Assembly (NCBI GenBank): GCA_048883105.1
Contig: JBHLQY010000002.1
Coordinates: 1 to 60,564 of the forward strand
Direction of reading: 5' to 3'
Length of the DNA stretch: 60,564 nucleotides
Origin: Candidatus Thorarchaeota archaeon
Lineage (GTDB): Archaea > Asgardarchaeota > Lokiarchaeia > Sigyniarchaeales > SOKP01
Within the stretch, counting starts at the first letter, position 1, and the number at the start of each line of letters is the position of its first letter. Shown here piece after piece: positions 18,696-28,101 of the stretch. Under the pieces are notes generated by a model, which was not told where the DNA came from, did not search any database, and saw only the letters and a program-made list of their open reading frames with translations. The position numbers were made by a program, and so were the translations under genes.

Positions 18696-20138
18696 CTAAC
18701 CAATAATTTGGCCCCAATCTGAGAACTCAATAATTTGTTGAAAATTTTTGGCCATGCTTACAAACATTACACATCCAATACAAAAAATATTTACAAAATC
18801 ATCTATGGATAAATTCAAGAGCTTACTATTATTTTCGGAAACTCCTTGGCCTCGTTCAACTTCTATGACTCCATCAAATCCAGATAAATTTACAACAAAT
18901 TCTTGTTTGTCTAAAGTTCCATGATAACTGCCTCTTGCTATTCTTGCTAATCCCCCAATTGGGATAATTTTTCCATTTATCTGAGACATATAAATCCTTA
19001 AATCGAAGGTGTGTTTGCCCCCTTTCCAGTCTATTAAAGAAAAATCAGCCATTTCTTGGATTGTGTATGGATAGGGATTTCGATTTTTCATGAATTTCGC
19101 AAAAAATTCTTTCTTACTCTCCTCTATTAGATTTTTAATATTGGATGGATCTTCGTCTGGAGATATCGGAAGGACTCCTGCTCCCCCAGAACCGCCATCA
19201 GGCTTAATTATAAAAGGTTTTTTATATTTTTTTATGATATATCCCAATTTTTCTATTAATTCACTCTCATTATAAGCTTTTGTAAATAGAAGATATTTTA
19301 AATTATACTTTTTAAGGATGTCCTTAGCAAAATAACTTGCTAAATAAGTTAGCGATTTATCATCCGTAACTCGATAAATAGGATTAACGATAATTGTGTG
19401 AATTTTTCGAAAATCTTTTCTTATTAACTGAGTAAACACATCATTTTGAAACCGACGCGCAATACCATCTCCTATAAGAACGCTAATTTTAGAAACCTCT
19501 TGAAATTTGAACCAATTTTCTGAAAAGGATAAAGTTGTGGATAACTGCTTGTAATCAGCAATTAAAAACGCAACGTCAACATTGAAATCCTCTTTAAAAT
19601 TGTTAACATTAAATATATCTACCGAAAGCTCTCTTTTTCTTATTTTTTTTCTTAAATAATCAATCAATATAACTTTTTCGTGGATTAAACCATCATCTAT
19701 CGGAACTCCAACAAGAACAAGAACTTTATTATCTCCACGCGTATTGTTTTTAATAGCTTGAGAAATAGCTTCAAAATATCCATTATACATAATAGTTTGT
19801 TGTTTTTTTGTGAGGATGGAAAGCCCGCGATTTGAACCGCCATTAGTCTCCAAAAGAAAAAATTTCTTTCCTCCTGGCTCATCACACACCATAAAATCAA
19901 TACTGCCAGCATAGAATAAATCGTTGTTGCTTAAGTAGTTATCTTTATCTCTTTCCATCTTCCTCAAAGCTTTTTGCCTAACAGCATCAGCAAAATTATC
20001 CTCTTGAGACGCTCTTAAATCAGCAAATAGTACTAGATCTAATCCTAAGGATTTTCCTAAATTAACTAAATCTAAATCTGAGTCTGATATTTCTTTAGAC
20101 ATCAGCTTCACGAATTTAGAGAGCTTATTATCATCCAT
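18696..20138 (-). CDS. ATP-grasp amino-acid/peptide ligase, TTL/YheCD-like, apparently circularly permuted
   Basis: - NPIYRVTDDKSL at aa 252.
- Phosphate loop FIIKPDGGSGGAGV at aa 309.
- FDLRIYM at aa 378.
- GGLARIARG at aa 395.
- An E-x-N type segment, FFLLETNGGSNRG, lies at aa 93-105 instead of at the C-terminus. Confidence 0.7.
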   Translation of the reverse strand: MDDNKLSKFVKLMSKEISDSDLDLVNLGKSLGLDLVLFADLRASQEDNFADAVRQKALRKMERDKDNYLSNNDLFYAGSIDFMVCDEPGGKKFFLLETNGGSNRGLSILTKKQQTIMYNGYFEAISQAIKNNTRGDNKVLVLVGVPIDDGLIHEKVILIDYLRKKIRKRELSVDIFNVNNFKEDFNVDVAFLIADYKQLSTTLSFSENWFKFQEVSKISVLIGDGIARRFQNDVFTQLIRKDFRKIHTIIVNPIYRVTDDKSLTYLASYFAKDILKKYNLKYLLFTKAYNESELIEKLGYIIKKYKKPFIIKPDGGSGGAGVLPISPDEDPSNIKNLIEESKKEFFAKFMKNRNPYPYTIQEMADFSLIDWKGGKHTFDLRIYMSQINGKIIPIGGLARIARGSYHGTLDKQEFVVNLSGFDGVIEVERGQGVSENNSKLLNLSIDDFVNIFCIGCVMFVSMAKNFQQIIEFSDWGQIIG

Positions 20139-20172
20139 AAAATCACAAGAGAATTTCTTTTTAACAAATAGC

Positions 20173-21405
20173 TTATAAATATAAATAACCTTGATGATTT
20201 CCCTTTATACTAAGCCTTAAACTCCCCAATAAGATTTTTTTGACTTTTATTTGCTCTTTATAAGATAAATCAGAAAATATTAATATATAGTTTTTTTCTA
20301 AATTTATAACAAATAGAAGTCCTATTTTTATCAATTTTGAATCCTTGTCAAGCAATGAAATTATCACATAGTGATAAGGGAGTTTAATTAATTCGCTAAT
20401 ATCAATCTCTCTTTCAATAATTTCGTTAGTCTCAGTATTATAATCAGACTTTACAAATTTAATATCATTCAAAGAAATAGAGATTTTTCTATAATCCTTT
20501 AAAACCTTAGCAAATTGACTTTGCCTTAAAAATCTTCTTTCTTCCTTATCCTTTTCGTAAAAGTATTTATTATCTTCCTTAATTAAATATACTTTTCTAT
20601 CTTTTCTTAATCTAGCGATTTTTACTATAGTTTTTAATTCTTTAATTGTATCATCGTGAAATACGATTAAAATATCAGGATTTATCATTTCGATAAAAAA
20701 ATTTTTATATATGACACCTGCTTCTTGCTTTATCCAGCCATCCGTATCAATTAATACAAAATTAGTGTCTATATGATTTCTTATATACTCATCAACTAAA
20801 TTCTTACAATAATGCGACACTATAAATTTATAATTTCCTTTTGGAAATGTGGCTCCTATAAATACTGTGCTCTCTGAATCAATATCTTCGCCGGAAATAA
20901 TCGAATCCTTAATTGTTCCAATATTAAGAGTAGTTGGCAAATACATTATCTGTTGTCCTAAATCAGAATCAAGATAACCTCCTTTAAATCCCTCCTTAAG
21001 GAAACTATTAGCTAAATATTTGATTATAGTTGTTTTTCCACTACTAATCCCCAAAACCATAATTTTTAATGGTTTTCCCTCTTTTTCTTTAAATTCTTCT
21101 AAAATGGCATTCTTAATTTCAATCCATCTGTTAGATATCGAATTTTCCTTAATTAATTTAAGACTTTCTTTTTCGTTAGATGTATATATCTCTAATTTTG
21201 ATTTTTCTAACGCAAATAACGGGTAATGATTAGCACTAGGAATAATTATGACGTAGTCTTCATTAAATTCTGAAAAATCTAAATTTGAACTTTTTTTATC
21301 TGGAAGAATTGTTTTTCCAAGTACTTCTAATTTTCCTTCTAATAAAGTTATTCTCGTCGGCCCTTTTACTAACAGCGTATGTCCTTTTTCGATATTTTTA
21401 ATCAT
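20173..21405 (-). CDS. clp1: Clp1/Grc3-family polynucleotide 5'-hydroxyl kinase
   Basis: - The N-terminus LLVKGPTRITLLEGKLEVLG is typical of the Clp1 N-domain.
- The P-loop is LGISSGKTT.
- LDSDLGQQ matches the Clp1 DxDxGQ motif. Confidence 0.75.
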   Translation of the reverse strand: MIKNIEKGHTLLVKGPTRITLLEGKLEVLGKTILPDKKSSNLDFSEFNEDYVIIIPSANHYPLFALEKSKLEIYTSNEKESLKLIKENSISNRWIEIKNAILEEFKEKEGKPLKIMVLGISSGKTTIIKYLANSFLKEGFKGGYLDSDLGQQIMYLPTTLNIGTIKDSIISGEDIDSESTVFIGATFPKGNYKFIVSHYCKNLVDEYIRNHIDTNFVLIDTDGWIKQEAGVIYKNFFIEMINPDILIVFHDDTIKELKTIVKIARLRKDRKVYLIKEDNKYFYEKDKEERRFLRQSQFAKVLKDYRKISISLNDIKFVKSDYNTETNEIIEREIDISELIKLPYHYVIISLLDKDSKLIKIGLLFVINLEKNYILIFSDLSYKEQIKVKKILLGSLRLSIKGNHQGYLYL

Positions 21406-21478
21406 TTTACACTCATCTTAATTTAGGTAATTTAAAAAATTAATTCTTTTATACGAAAAATTTCTTTAAAACAATTTT

Positions 21479-22000
21479 TTAAATACTACTACTTTTTTTA
21501 ATCCTTTTATAACAAGGAATACATAGGTTTTTTCCTTTATCCTCTTTTATTCTAGTGATCATTGTAGGATCACCACACTTATCGCAGATAATAGATTCGT
21601 ATATCTGAGCTTTCTCAGGAGGATTAAATTCGACTTTTCGAAAGTCGAAAATATCTTTAGGGTTGGATTTTAATAATTCTTTTATTCGCTCTTCTTTCGA
21701 TGATGGAAGATCTCCAAATCTCCTACTTTTTAAAGATATTTTTAATGCTTTTTTATTTGTTCTATTATAAAAAGTGTAATTATTTTTTCCATAATCTAAA
21801 TATATTAAATTACCTTTCCCAAATGTTGTTCCTAATAATGCTTGAATAGCATCAACGCTACAATTATCATTTTCCACTACTGCAACCAGCTCCTCGTCGG
21901 TACTAAATTCATTGTCATGTTCTAGAATGTATTTAGATACTAAAACGCCTATTGCGACACCGGGACAAGAATGTCCATGGAAATTAACTGCTTTTTTCAT
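21479..22000 (-). CDS. FmdE-family protein (formylmethanofuran dehydrogenase subunit E-like) with a C-terminal zinc ribbon
   Basis: FHGHSCPGVAIG is the family signature. C-terminal CDKCGDP...CIPCY forms the zinc ribbon. An ATG lies at 22000; the ORF track extends to a TTG at 22033. Confidence 0.8.
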   Translation of the reverse strand: MKKAVNFHGHSCPGVAIGVLVSKYILEHDNEFSTDEELVAVVENDNCSVDAIQALLGTTFGKGNLIYLDYGKNNYTFYNRTNKKALKISLKSRRFGDLPSSKEERIKELLKSNPKDIFDFRKVEFNPPEKAQIYESIICDKCGDPTMITRIKEDKGKNLCIPCYKRIKKSSSI

Positions 22001-22100
22001 TAATTCTCTAACTTCCAAATTGATAAGCACCAATACTAGATTTAATAAAATGAATCTTCTACATAATTTATAAAATCTTCTTATTTTTTATATATTATAG

Positions 22101-22586
22101 ATGAAATTTTTAGTAGATTCTATGCTTGGTAAACTTGCTCGCCTACTTCGTATATTTTCTTATGATACTATTTATGCTAACGATTTAATAGTTCATTTTA
22201 ATTTAGACCCAGTACCAGATGATAAATTATTAGAATTTGCTCTGAAAGAAGATAGAATTATAGTTACAAGAGATTATATTTTTTATAAGAAAGCAAAAGA
22301 CAATGGTTTTTACTTAGAAGGAGAGGGTGTATATAACTACCTTAAACAACTTAAAATCAAATTTAACTTAGATTATAATTTTGATATAAAAAGAGCGAGA
22401 TGTTCAATATGTAATTCCGAGTTAACGAAAGTCGATAAGAACTTAATTAAAGATTTAATAGAATCCGAGACTTTTAAGTATCACAATAATTTCTATCAAT
22501 GTCCTAATTCAAATTGTAAAAAAATATATTGGAAAGGAACGCATATTGAAAATATAATCGAAAAATTAAATAACAAAAAGTTATGA
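22101..22586 (+). CDS. Mut7-C-type RNase (PIN-like) domain protein with a zinc ribbon
   Basis: The N-terminus MKFLVDSMLGKLARLLRIFSYDT is the conserved Mut7-C start. C-terminal CSICNSEL...CPNSNCKKIYWKGTH forms the zinc ribbon. Confidence 0.75.
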   Translation: MKFLVDSMLGKLARLLRIFSYDTIYANDLIVHFNLDPVPDDKLLEFALKEDRIIVTRDYIFYKKAKDNGFYLEGEGVYNYLKQLKIKFNLDYNFDIKRARCSICNSELTKVDKNLIKDLIESETFKYHNNFYQCPNSNCKKIYWKGTHIENIIEKLNNKKL

Positions 22587-22591
22587 CCGAA

Positions 22592-22825
22592 TTACTCCTT
22601 CTTTAAAAAATGCATTTCTTTAACTTCGTTAAATCTTTGTTTAATTTTCTCGGCCTCTTCGTTATAATGACCTTTTTGATACATTGAATAAGCTTGATTT
22701 AACAATTCTAAACATTTTCGGTATTCTTTGTTCAAATAATGATTATCGGCCAACGATACAAGGTTTTCAGCCTTTTTTTTATAGAATTCTATGAACTGTT
22801 CCGAGGTATCGATTTTCTTACTCAT
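22592..22825 (-). CDS. Small helical protein (MIT/TPR-like three-helix pattern)
   Basis: 77 aa with an ATG start. The sequence is predicted all-helical and includes LADNHYLNKEYRKCLELLNQAYSMY. Confidence 0.4.
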   Translation of the reverse strand: MSKKIDTSEQFIEFYKKKAENLVSLADNHYLNKEYRKCLELLNQAYSMYQKGHYNEEAEKIKQRFNEVKEMHFLKKE

Positions 22826-22945
22826 TTTATTTAAAAATCCAAAATTAAATTTTATATATAATATAATTTATGTTCAAAATTATAATAAAATTATCTAAAA
22901 AAGCTTTTTAAAATATAAGTTGAATATCCCTTAAAGGTGTTAATA

Positions 22946-24202
22946 ATGAAAAATATTGGAATAATTGGCGCAGGTATAATGGGTACTGGTCATAGCATTG
23001 GGTTTGATAGGTTATCAGAATCCCAAGTCGTAGCCATTGCTGATCCTAATGAAAATCAACTAGAAATGAGTAAAAATATGTTTAAGAAAAGTTCGCCAGA
23101 ATTTTTTACTGATTATAAAGACTTATTAAAAATGTCCAAAGTGCATGCTGTTGTAATTGCAACTCCAAGTAACTTTCATCACCAAATCACTCTTGATGCC
23201 CTAAAAGCAAATAAAGATGTTTTTTTGGAAAAACCTATTGCCCCTACTATTGAGAAAACAGATGAAATTATTAAAGCGCTTGCCAAAACGGATCGAATTA
23301 TCCAAGTAGGTTTGGTTTATAGATATTCAAATCTCTATCGAACTATGGCTCATTTAATTGAAAAGGAGACGTTTGGTAATGTGATGATGGCATATTGTAA
23401 AGAATATCGAGATAATTTCCCAAGTCACTGGTTTTTTAATCAGACTCAATCAGGGGGGGCAATATTAGATAAGAATTGTCATCATTTTGATTTGTTTAGT
23501 TGGTTTATTAGGTCTCCTCCGAAGAGAGTCTTCGCAATGGGAGGAAACCATGTAGTCAAACCAGGACATAGGATCAAATGTTCCTATTCATCCCATCGGG
23601 GAGAAATCTTAGAAGATCCAACTATCGTAGATCATGCGAATGTTTTAATTGAATATGAAAATGGTGCAAAAGGAAATTTGGGATTATGTATGTACGAAAT
23701 TCAACCTGTTGAAGGATTGGAAATTGGTATTATGGGCGATAATGGTACGTGGGCATTAGCAAAAAAAGATGATGAGCTTACCATTTCTGGTGGTCAAATC
23801 GGTAAAACAAAAGAAGTAAAAGTGGACTATTATTCTGATAATGAGCGAGTTGGGCATATTGGATGTCAAACAGAACGCCGAGAATTTTTAGAATGTATAA
23901 AAACTAGAACACAACCATACGTGAATTTATCAATTGGAAGGGAAGCAAGCGTCGTAGCCCTCGCAGCTGAAAAATCAATTAAAGAAAGTCGAGTAGTTTC
24001 AATTTCTGAGTTTGATAATCCAGAGATTAATGCAATTTTCCAAAAATTAGGGTATAATATGAAACAAAAGACACCTCCCGTTTTTTCTCTTCCAGATGCT
24101 CAATTAAAATTAAAAATAAAAAGAGAATTAAAAATAGAAGAAAGAAAATTAAGTAGAGAGTTAAAAAAAATTAAAGATAGAATTAAAGACCTTTCAAATT
24201 AG
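22946..24202 (+). CDS. Gfo/Idh/MocA-family NAD(P)-dependent oxidoreductase
   Basis: N-terminal Rossmann motif IGIIGAGIMG, followed by VVIATPSNFHH...LEKP. The ATG at 22946 is preferred over the GTG at 22937. The tail is an unusual Lys/Glu-rich sequence. Confidence 0.8.
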   Translation: MKNIGIIGAGIMGTGHSIGFDRLSESQVVAIADPNENQLEMSKNMFKKSSPEFFTDYKDLLKMSKVHAVVIATPSNFHHQITLDALKANKDVFLEKPIAPTIEKTDEIIKALAKTDRIIQVGLVYRYSNLYRTMAHLIEKETFGNVMMAYCKEYRDNFPSHWFFNQTQSGGAILDKNCHHFDLFSWFIRSPPKRVFAMGGNHVVKPGHRIKCSYSSHRGEILEDPTIVDHANVLIEYENGAKGNLGLCMYEIQPVEGLEIGIMGDNGTWALAKKDDELTISGGQIGKTKEVKVDYYSDNERVGHIGCQTERREFLECIKTRTQPYVNLSIGREASVVALAAEKSIKESRVVSISEFDNPEINAIFQKLGYNMKQKTPPVFSLPDAQLKLKIKRELKIEERKLSRELKKIKDRIKDLSN

Positions 24203-24203
24203 C

Positions 24204-25322
24204 TTAGGTTTTTAATACTGACGGAATTATCCCTTCTATTAATAAATGATCTAATAATACGATAGCCGTCATGGCTTCTACAACTACAATAGCTCTTGGA
24301 ACGATGCAAGGGTCATGTCTACCTGTTAGTTCAATCTCAACGTTTTCCATGGTTTCAATATTAACTGTTTTCTGGGGCTTCCCAATTGTAGCAGTTGGCT
24401 TAACTGCTGCAGTAAATTCAATAGGCATGCCTGTAGAGATTCCTCCAATTATCCCACCTGCATTATTTCTCATTGCTTGAATCTTTCCGTCTTTAATAAC
24501 CCAAGGATCATTGTGTTCACTTCCTTTCATTATGGAAGCCTTAAATCCAGCGCCAAATTCTATACCCTTAATTGCGGGTATGGAAAATATAGCTTTACTT
24601 ATGTTAGATTCGAGACTATTAAAAACTGGACCGCCAATTCCCTCTGGAAAATTATTTACAATACATTTTATAGTTCCGCCTATAGAATCTTTTTGACTTT
24701 TGACTTCTTCTATTGCCTTTTCCATCATTTTGGATTTCTCGGCATTAAGTGCCCTTACATATGATTTTTCTCTCAATTTGATGTATTTTGCGAGATCATC
24801 AATTTTATATGAATTGTCATCCACTATTTCTCCAATGCTTTTTGTATAAGCAAATACGGTGATATTATCATTTCTTAAAATTTGTTTCGCAATAGCTCCA
24901 GCCATTACAAATCCTGCAGTAACTCGTCCTGAAAATCTACCAGAACCTCTATAATCTGCAAATCCTCCGTATTTTTTTATAGCAGAGAAATCAACTTGAG
25001 AAGGCCTTAAAAATTTTTTAAATTCCTCGTATTTTGATGAATCAACATCTTTATTTTTTATTATCATACAAAGTGGCGCCCCAGTTGTTTTGTTTTTAAA
25101 AATTCCAGAGATAACTTGTACTTTATCTAATTCTGAGCGTGAAGTAGTTAATTTAGATTGCCCTGGGCGCCTTTTATCTAACTCACTTTGAATAAAATTT
25201 AAATCAAATCCCAAACCAGCTGGAACTCCATCTACTATAATCCCGATTAGATCTCCATGACTTTCTCCAAATGAAGTGATTTTGAAAATTGTTCCAAATG
25301 TATTATCTCCCAAATTCTTCAC
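24204..25322 (-). CDS. aroC: Chorismate synthase
   Basis: FGESHG near the N-terminus, LDKRRPGQSKLTTSRSE, and RHDPCIVPRA near the C-terminus. Confidence 0.9.
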   Translation of the reverse strand: MKNLGDNTFGTIFKITSFGESHGDLIGIIVDGVPAGLGFDLNFIQSELDKRRPGQSKLTTSRSELDKVQVISGIFKNKTTGAPLCMIIKNKDVDSSKYEEFKKFLRPSQVDFSAIKKYGGFADYRGSGRFSGRVTAGFVMAGAIAKQILRNDNITVFAYTKSIGEIVDDNSYKIDDLAKYIKLREKSYVRALNAEKSKMMEKAIEEVKSQKDSIGGTIKCIVNNFPEGIGGPVFNSLESNISKAIFSIPAIKGIEFGAGFKASIMKGSEHNDPWVIKDGKIQAMRNNAGGIIGGISTGMPIEFTAAVKPTATIGKPQKTVNIETMENVEIELTGRHDPCIVPRAIVVVEAMTAIVLLDHLLIEGIIPSVLKT

Positions 25323-25403
25323 CTTCTCTTAGATTATTAAATATTATAATCTTTCATCTTAAATTAATTAATATTATATCTATAACTTTCTATTAATTAT
25401 TTA

Positions 25404-26720
25404 ATGGAATTAATTATAAGTCCAATAAATAAGTTAAATGGGGAAATAATTGCCCCCCCTTCTAAAAGTTATTCTCATAGAGCTTTTATACTAGCAAGTC
25501 TCGCTGATGGAGTCTCAGTAATTAAAAATCCTCAAACATCTGGCGATGTTGAAGTCACAATTAATGGCTTAAAATCATTAGGCATAAACATTTTAAAACA
25601 AGGTGAAAATTCTTATGTTGTCCAAAAAACCCCAGATGCCTTTAAATCAGCTAAAGAATCCATTGATTGTCAAAATTCTGGTACTTCTCTAAGAATTTTT
25701 TGCGCTTTAAGTCTTATTGTTGAAGGAGGATTATATTTAACTGGAGAATTTTTGAAAAGAAACCGTCCAATTATTCCGTTATTGGAGGCGTTAAAATATT
25801 TAGGCGCTGAATACAAATTAGAGGGAAATGTTATCCATGTTGAGCGAAAAAAGCATCAGTGTAATACTGTGAAAATTCAAGGCGATATTAGTTCGCAATT
25901 CGTTACCGCATTGTTATTAATTAGCCCGATGTTGAAATGTGAAAAAAAAGACTTTATAGAAATTGAAATTACAACTCCTTTAGTGTCATATCCTTACGTT
26001 AAAATTACGTTGGATATATTAGACTCTTTTGGAATCAATTTTCAAGAAAAATTAAATGACCAAAAGATAGGAAAATATATAATCCCCCGCGGTCAAAAAT
26101 ATAGACCGCAAGTATATTCGATTCCAGGTGATTTTTCCTCTGTAGCATTTATTATCGCTGCTGCCGTATTATCGCCAGAAGATTCGAATATAATTATAAA
26201 AAATGTAGATATTCAAAATCCACAGGGAGATAAAAGAATAATTGAAATTTTACGTGGGATGGGAGCAAAAATTGATGTTAATCAAAATACTAATCTGGTT
26301 GCTGTAAAAGGAGGAATTAATACATATCCGTTAAAAGGTAAAGATGTCGATTGCAGTCAAATTCCAGATTTATTCCCAATTTTATCTATTGTAGGTGCTT
26401 TTGCGAAGGGAAAAACAACACTTTATAACGCTTCAAATTTAAGATTAAAAGAGAGTGATAGAATATCGGTCATGGCAAGGGAATTAGCAAAAATGGGTGT
26501 CAAAATCAAGGAAAAAAATGATAAATTAACTGTATATCACTGTGAAAAATTAAAAGGATCGAAAGTTAATCACGAAAAAGATCATAGGATCGCAATGGCA
26601 TGTTGTGTTGCCGCTTTATATGCAAAAAATAATTCTGAAATTAAGAATATAAATATTATTGAAGATTCTTATCCCTCTTTTATTAAAGATTTAAAAAAAT
26701 TAGGCGCTGATTTTAAATAA
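25404..26720 (+). CDS. aroA: 3-phosphoshikimate 1-carboxyvinyltransferase (EPSP synthase)
   Basis: PPSKSYSHRAFILASLADG, NSGTSLR, LRLKESDRI and DHRIAMA. Confidence 0.9.
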   Translation: MELIISPINKLNGEIIAPPSKSYSHRAFILASLADGVSVIKNPQTSGDVEVTINGLKSLGINILKQGENSYVVQKTPDAFKSAKESIDCQNSGTSLRIFCALSLIVEGGLYLTGEFLKRNRPIIPLLEALKYLGAEYKLEGNVIHVERKKHQCNTVKIQGDISSQFVTALLLISPMLKCEKKDFIEIEITTPLVSYPYVKITLDILDSFGINFQEKLNDQKIGKYIIPRGQKYRPQVYSIPGDFSSVAFIIAAAVLSPEDSNIIIKNVDIQNPQGDKRIIEILRGMGAKIDVNQNTNLVAVKGGINTYPLKGKDVDCSQIPDLFPILSIVGAFAKGKTTLYNASNLRLKESDRISVMARELAKMGVKIKEKNDKLTVYHCEKLKGSKVNHEKDHRIAMACCVAALYAKNNSEIKNINIIEDSYPSFIKDLKKLGADFK

Positions 26721-26769
26721 TTAGGATAAGCAATGATAAAATGAATGCGCTTTATCAAAAACCGAGTTA

Positions 26770-27186
26770 TTATCTGAACGATTTTTGACGTCTTGACCGA
26801 GCTTTTTTGCCTCCAAACTTCTTAGGCTCTGTTCTTCGCGAATCGCCGCTTAATAACGATTCGTCGTATTCTCGAAATTTTCGCTCAATTGCCTTTGTTT
26901 TTAGAAACTTATGAATCGCTCTTGATAAAGCTATCCTGACAGCCTCCGTTTGCCCCATTTTACCGCCTCCTTTAACTTGTATTTTTATATCACATTTTTC
27001 TATTTTTTCATGATTGGCAACTTCAATGATTTCTTTTATTCTCTCTCTCTGTAATTCTGGTTCATATAGGTCTAATAGTATATTGTTTATTTTTATTTGC
27101 CCTTTGGCAGGATATTTTAAAACAGCTCTAGCAATGGCAGATTTCCTTTTTCCTGAGGACTGAATTATTTTAACTTTTTCTGACAT
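26770..27186 (-). CDS. rps9: 30S ribosomal protein uS9
   Basis: SGKRKSAIARA, GGGKMGQTEAVRIALSRA, and C-terminal GGKKARSRRQKSFR. Confidence 0.9.
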   Translation of the reverse strand: MSEKVKIIQSSGKRKSAIARAVLKYPAKGQIKINNILLDLYEPELQRERIKEIIEVANHEKIEKCDIKIQVKGGGKMGQTEAVRIALSRAIHKFLKTKAIERKFREYDESLLSGDSRRTEPKKFGGKKARSRRQKSFR

Positions 27187-27189
27187 AGT

Positions 27190-27660
27190 TTAAGCCTCAA
27201 TTTCTCTTTTTTTCCAACCAATCCTAAGGCATAAATTTTCCAACGTAATGTATTTATCGTAATACGATAAGCGCATTTTATCGGCGTTCCTTATTTCCCC
27301 CAGAATTAATTTTTGATACCTATTTTTAAAGCGGTCCGGAATATCTGAAATATATACATGAATTCTTCGAAGAGCTTCTTTTCCTCGAAGTTTCTTTCGA
27401 GGAAGCATTTGTTTAATTACCCTTCTCATAAATGTATCAGGGCGTCTTGGCCAAAAGGGACCTCGCGTTGGATTCGTAGCGGTTCTGATGTTTAACTTTG
27501 CTAAAAACTTTTCGTGAATATTTCTCTTTGTACCGCTAATAATTGCATCCTTTGCATTAACAATAACAACTCGTTCCCCTAAAAGAGCTTTCTTCGCAAT
27601 TTGGCTACAGAAACGTCCTAAAATTTTATCTTTCGCATCATATACTTGATATTCTAGCAT
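27190..27660 (-). CDS. rpl13: 50S ribosomal protein uL13
   Basis: DAKDKILGRFCSQIAKKALLGERVVIVNA and MLPRKKLRGKEALRRIHVY. The ATG at 27660 removes the overlap with the upstream L18e gene. Confidence 0.9.
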   Translation of the reverse strand: MLEYQVYDAKDKILGRFCSQIAKKALLGERVVIVNAKDAIISGTKRNIHEKFLAKLNIRTATNPTRGPFWPRRPDTFMRRVIKQMLPRKKLRGKEALRRIHVYISDIPDRFKNRYQKLILGEIRNADKMRLSYYDKYITLENLCLRIGWKKREIEA

Positions 27661-27679
27661 TTTTTGAAAGCTCCATTTT

Positions 27680-28036
27680 TTAATAAAAAACTTTAACGTT
27701 TTCTCCTTTAGGATTTTGTTCAAGCAATTCATTTATAGTAATTAATTTACTCCCTGAAGCCTCGATTTTTTTTTTAGCCGATTTTGAAGACGATAAACAC
27801 GCTATTATTAGCTTATGATCTAAATCTCCAATCCCTAAAATTTTACCAGGAACAACAATAACATCGTTATTTTTAGTTTTCTTATTAATACGGTAAAGAT
27901 TAGCCTCAACACGATTTCTTCTTGGTCCAGATATTTTTTTCGAGACTTTTTTCCATATTCTCCGCTTTGTCTTCCATAAGTCTCTTACTAACTTCCGAAC
28001 ATAATAATTACTTGGACCGGTAACTTTATGGGACAT
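27680..28036 (-). CDS. rpl18e: 50S ribosomal protein eL18 (L18e)
   Basis: SGPRRNRVEANLYRINK and VVVPGKILGIGDLDHK. It occupies the conserved position between rpoD and L13. Confidence 0.85.
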   Translation of the reverse strand: MSHKVTGPSNYYVRKLVRDLWKTKRRIWKKVSKKISGPRRNRVEANLYRINKKTKNNDVIVVPGKILGIGDLDHKLIIACLSSSKSAKKKIEASGSKLITINELLEQNPKGENVKVFY

Positions 28037-28101
28037 AAATAAGTAAATTTAAATTCTAAAAATTAGATTTTTAAATAATTAATAATTTAATAAATTTTTG
28101 A

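Noticed and set aside
27661-27732. An N-terminal extension of uL13 (MNCLNKILKEKTLKFFIKKWSFQK).
   Set aside because: It overlaps the 3' end of the L18e gene. uL13 homologues begin close to the MLEYQVYDAKDKILGR segment.
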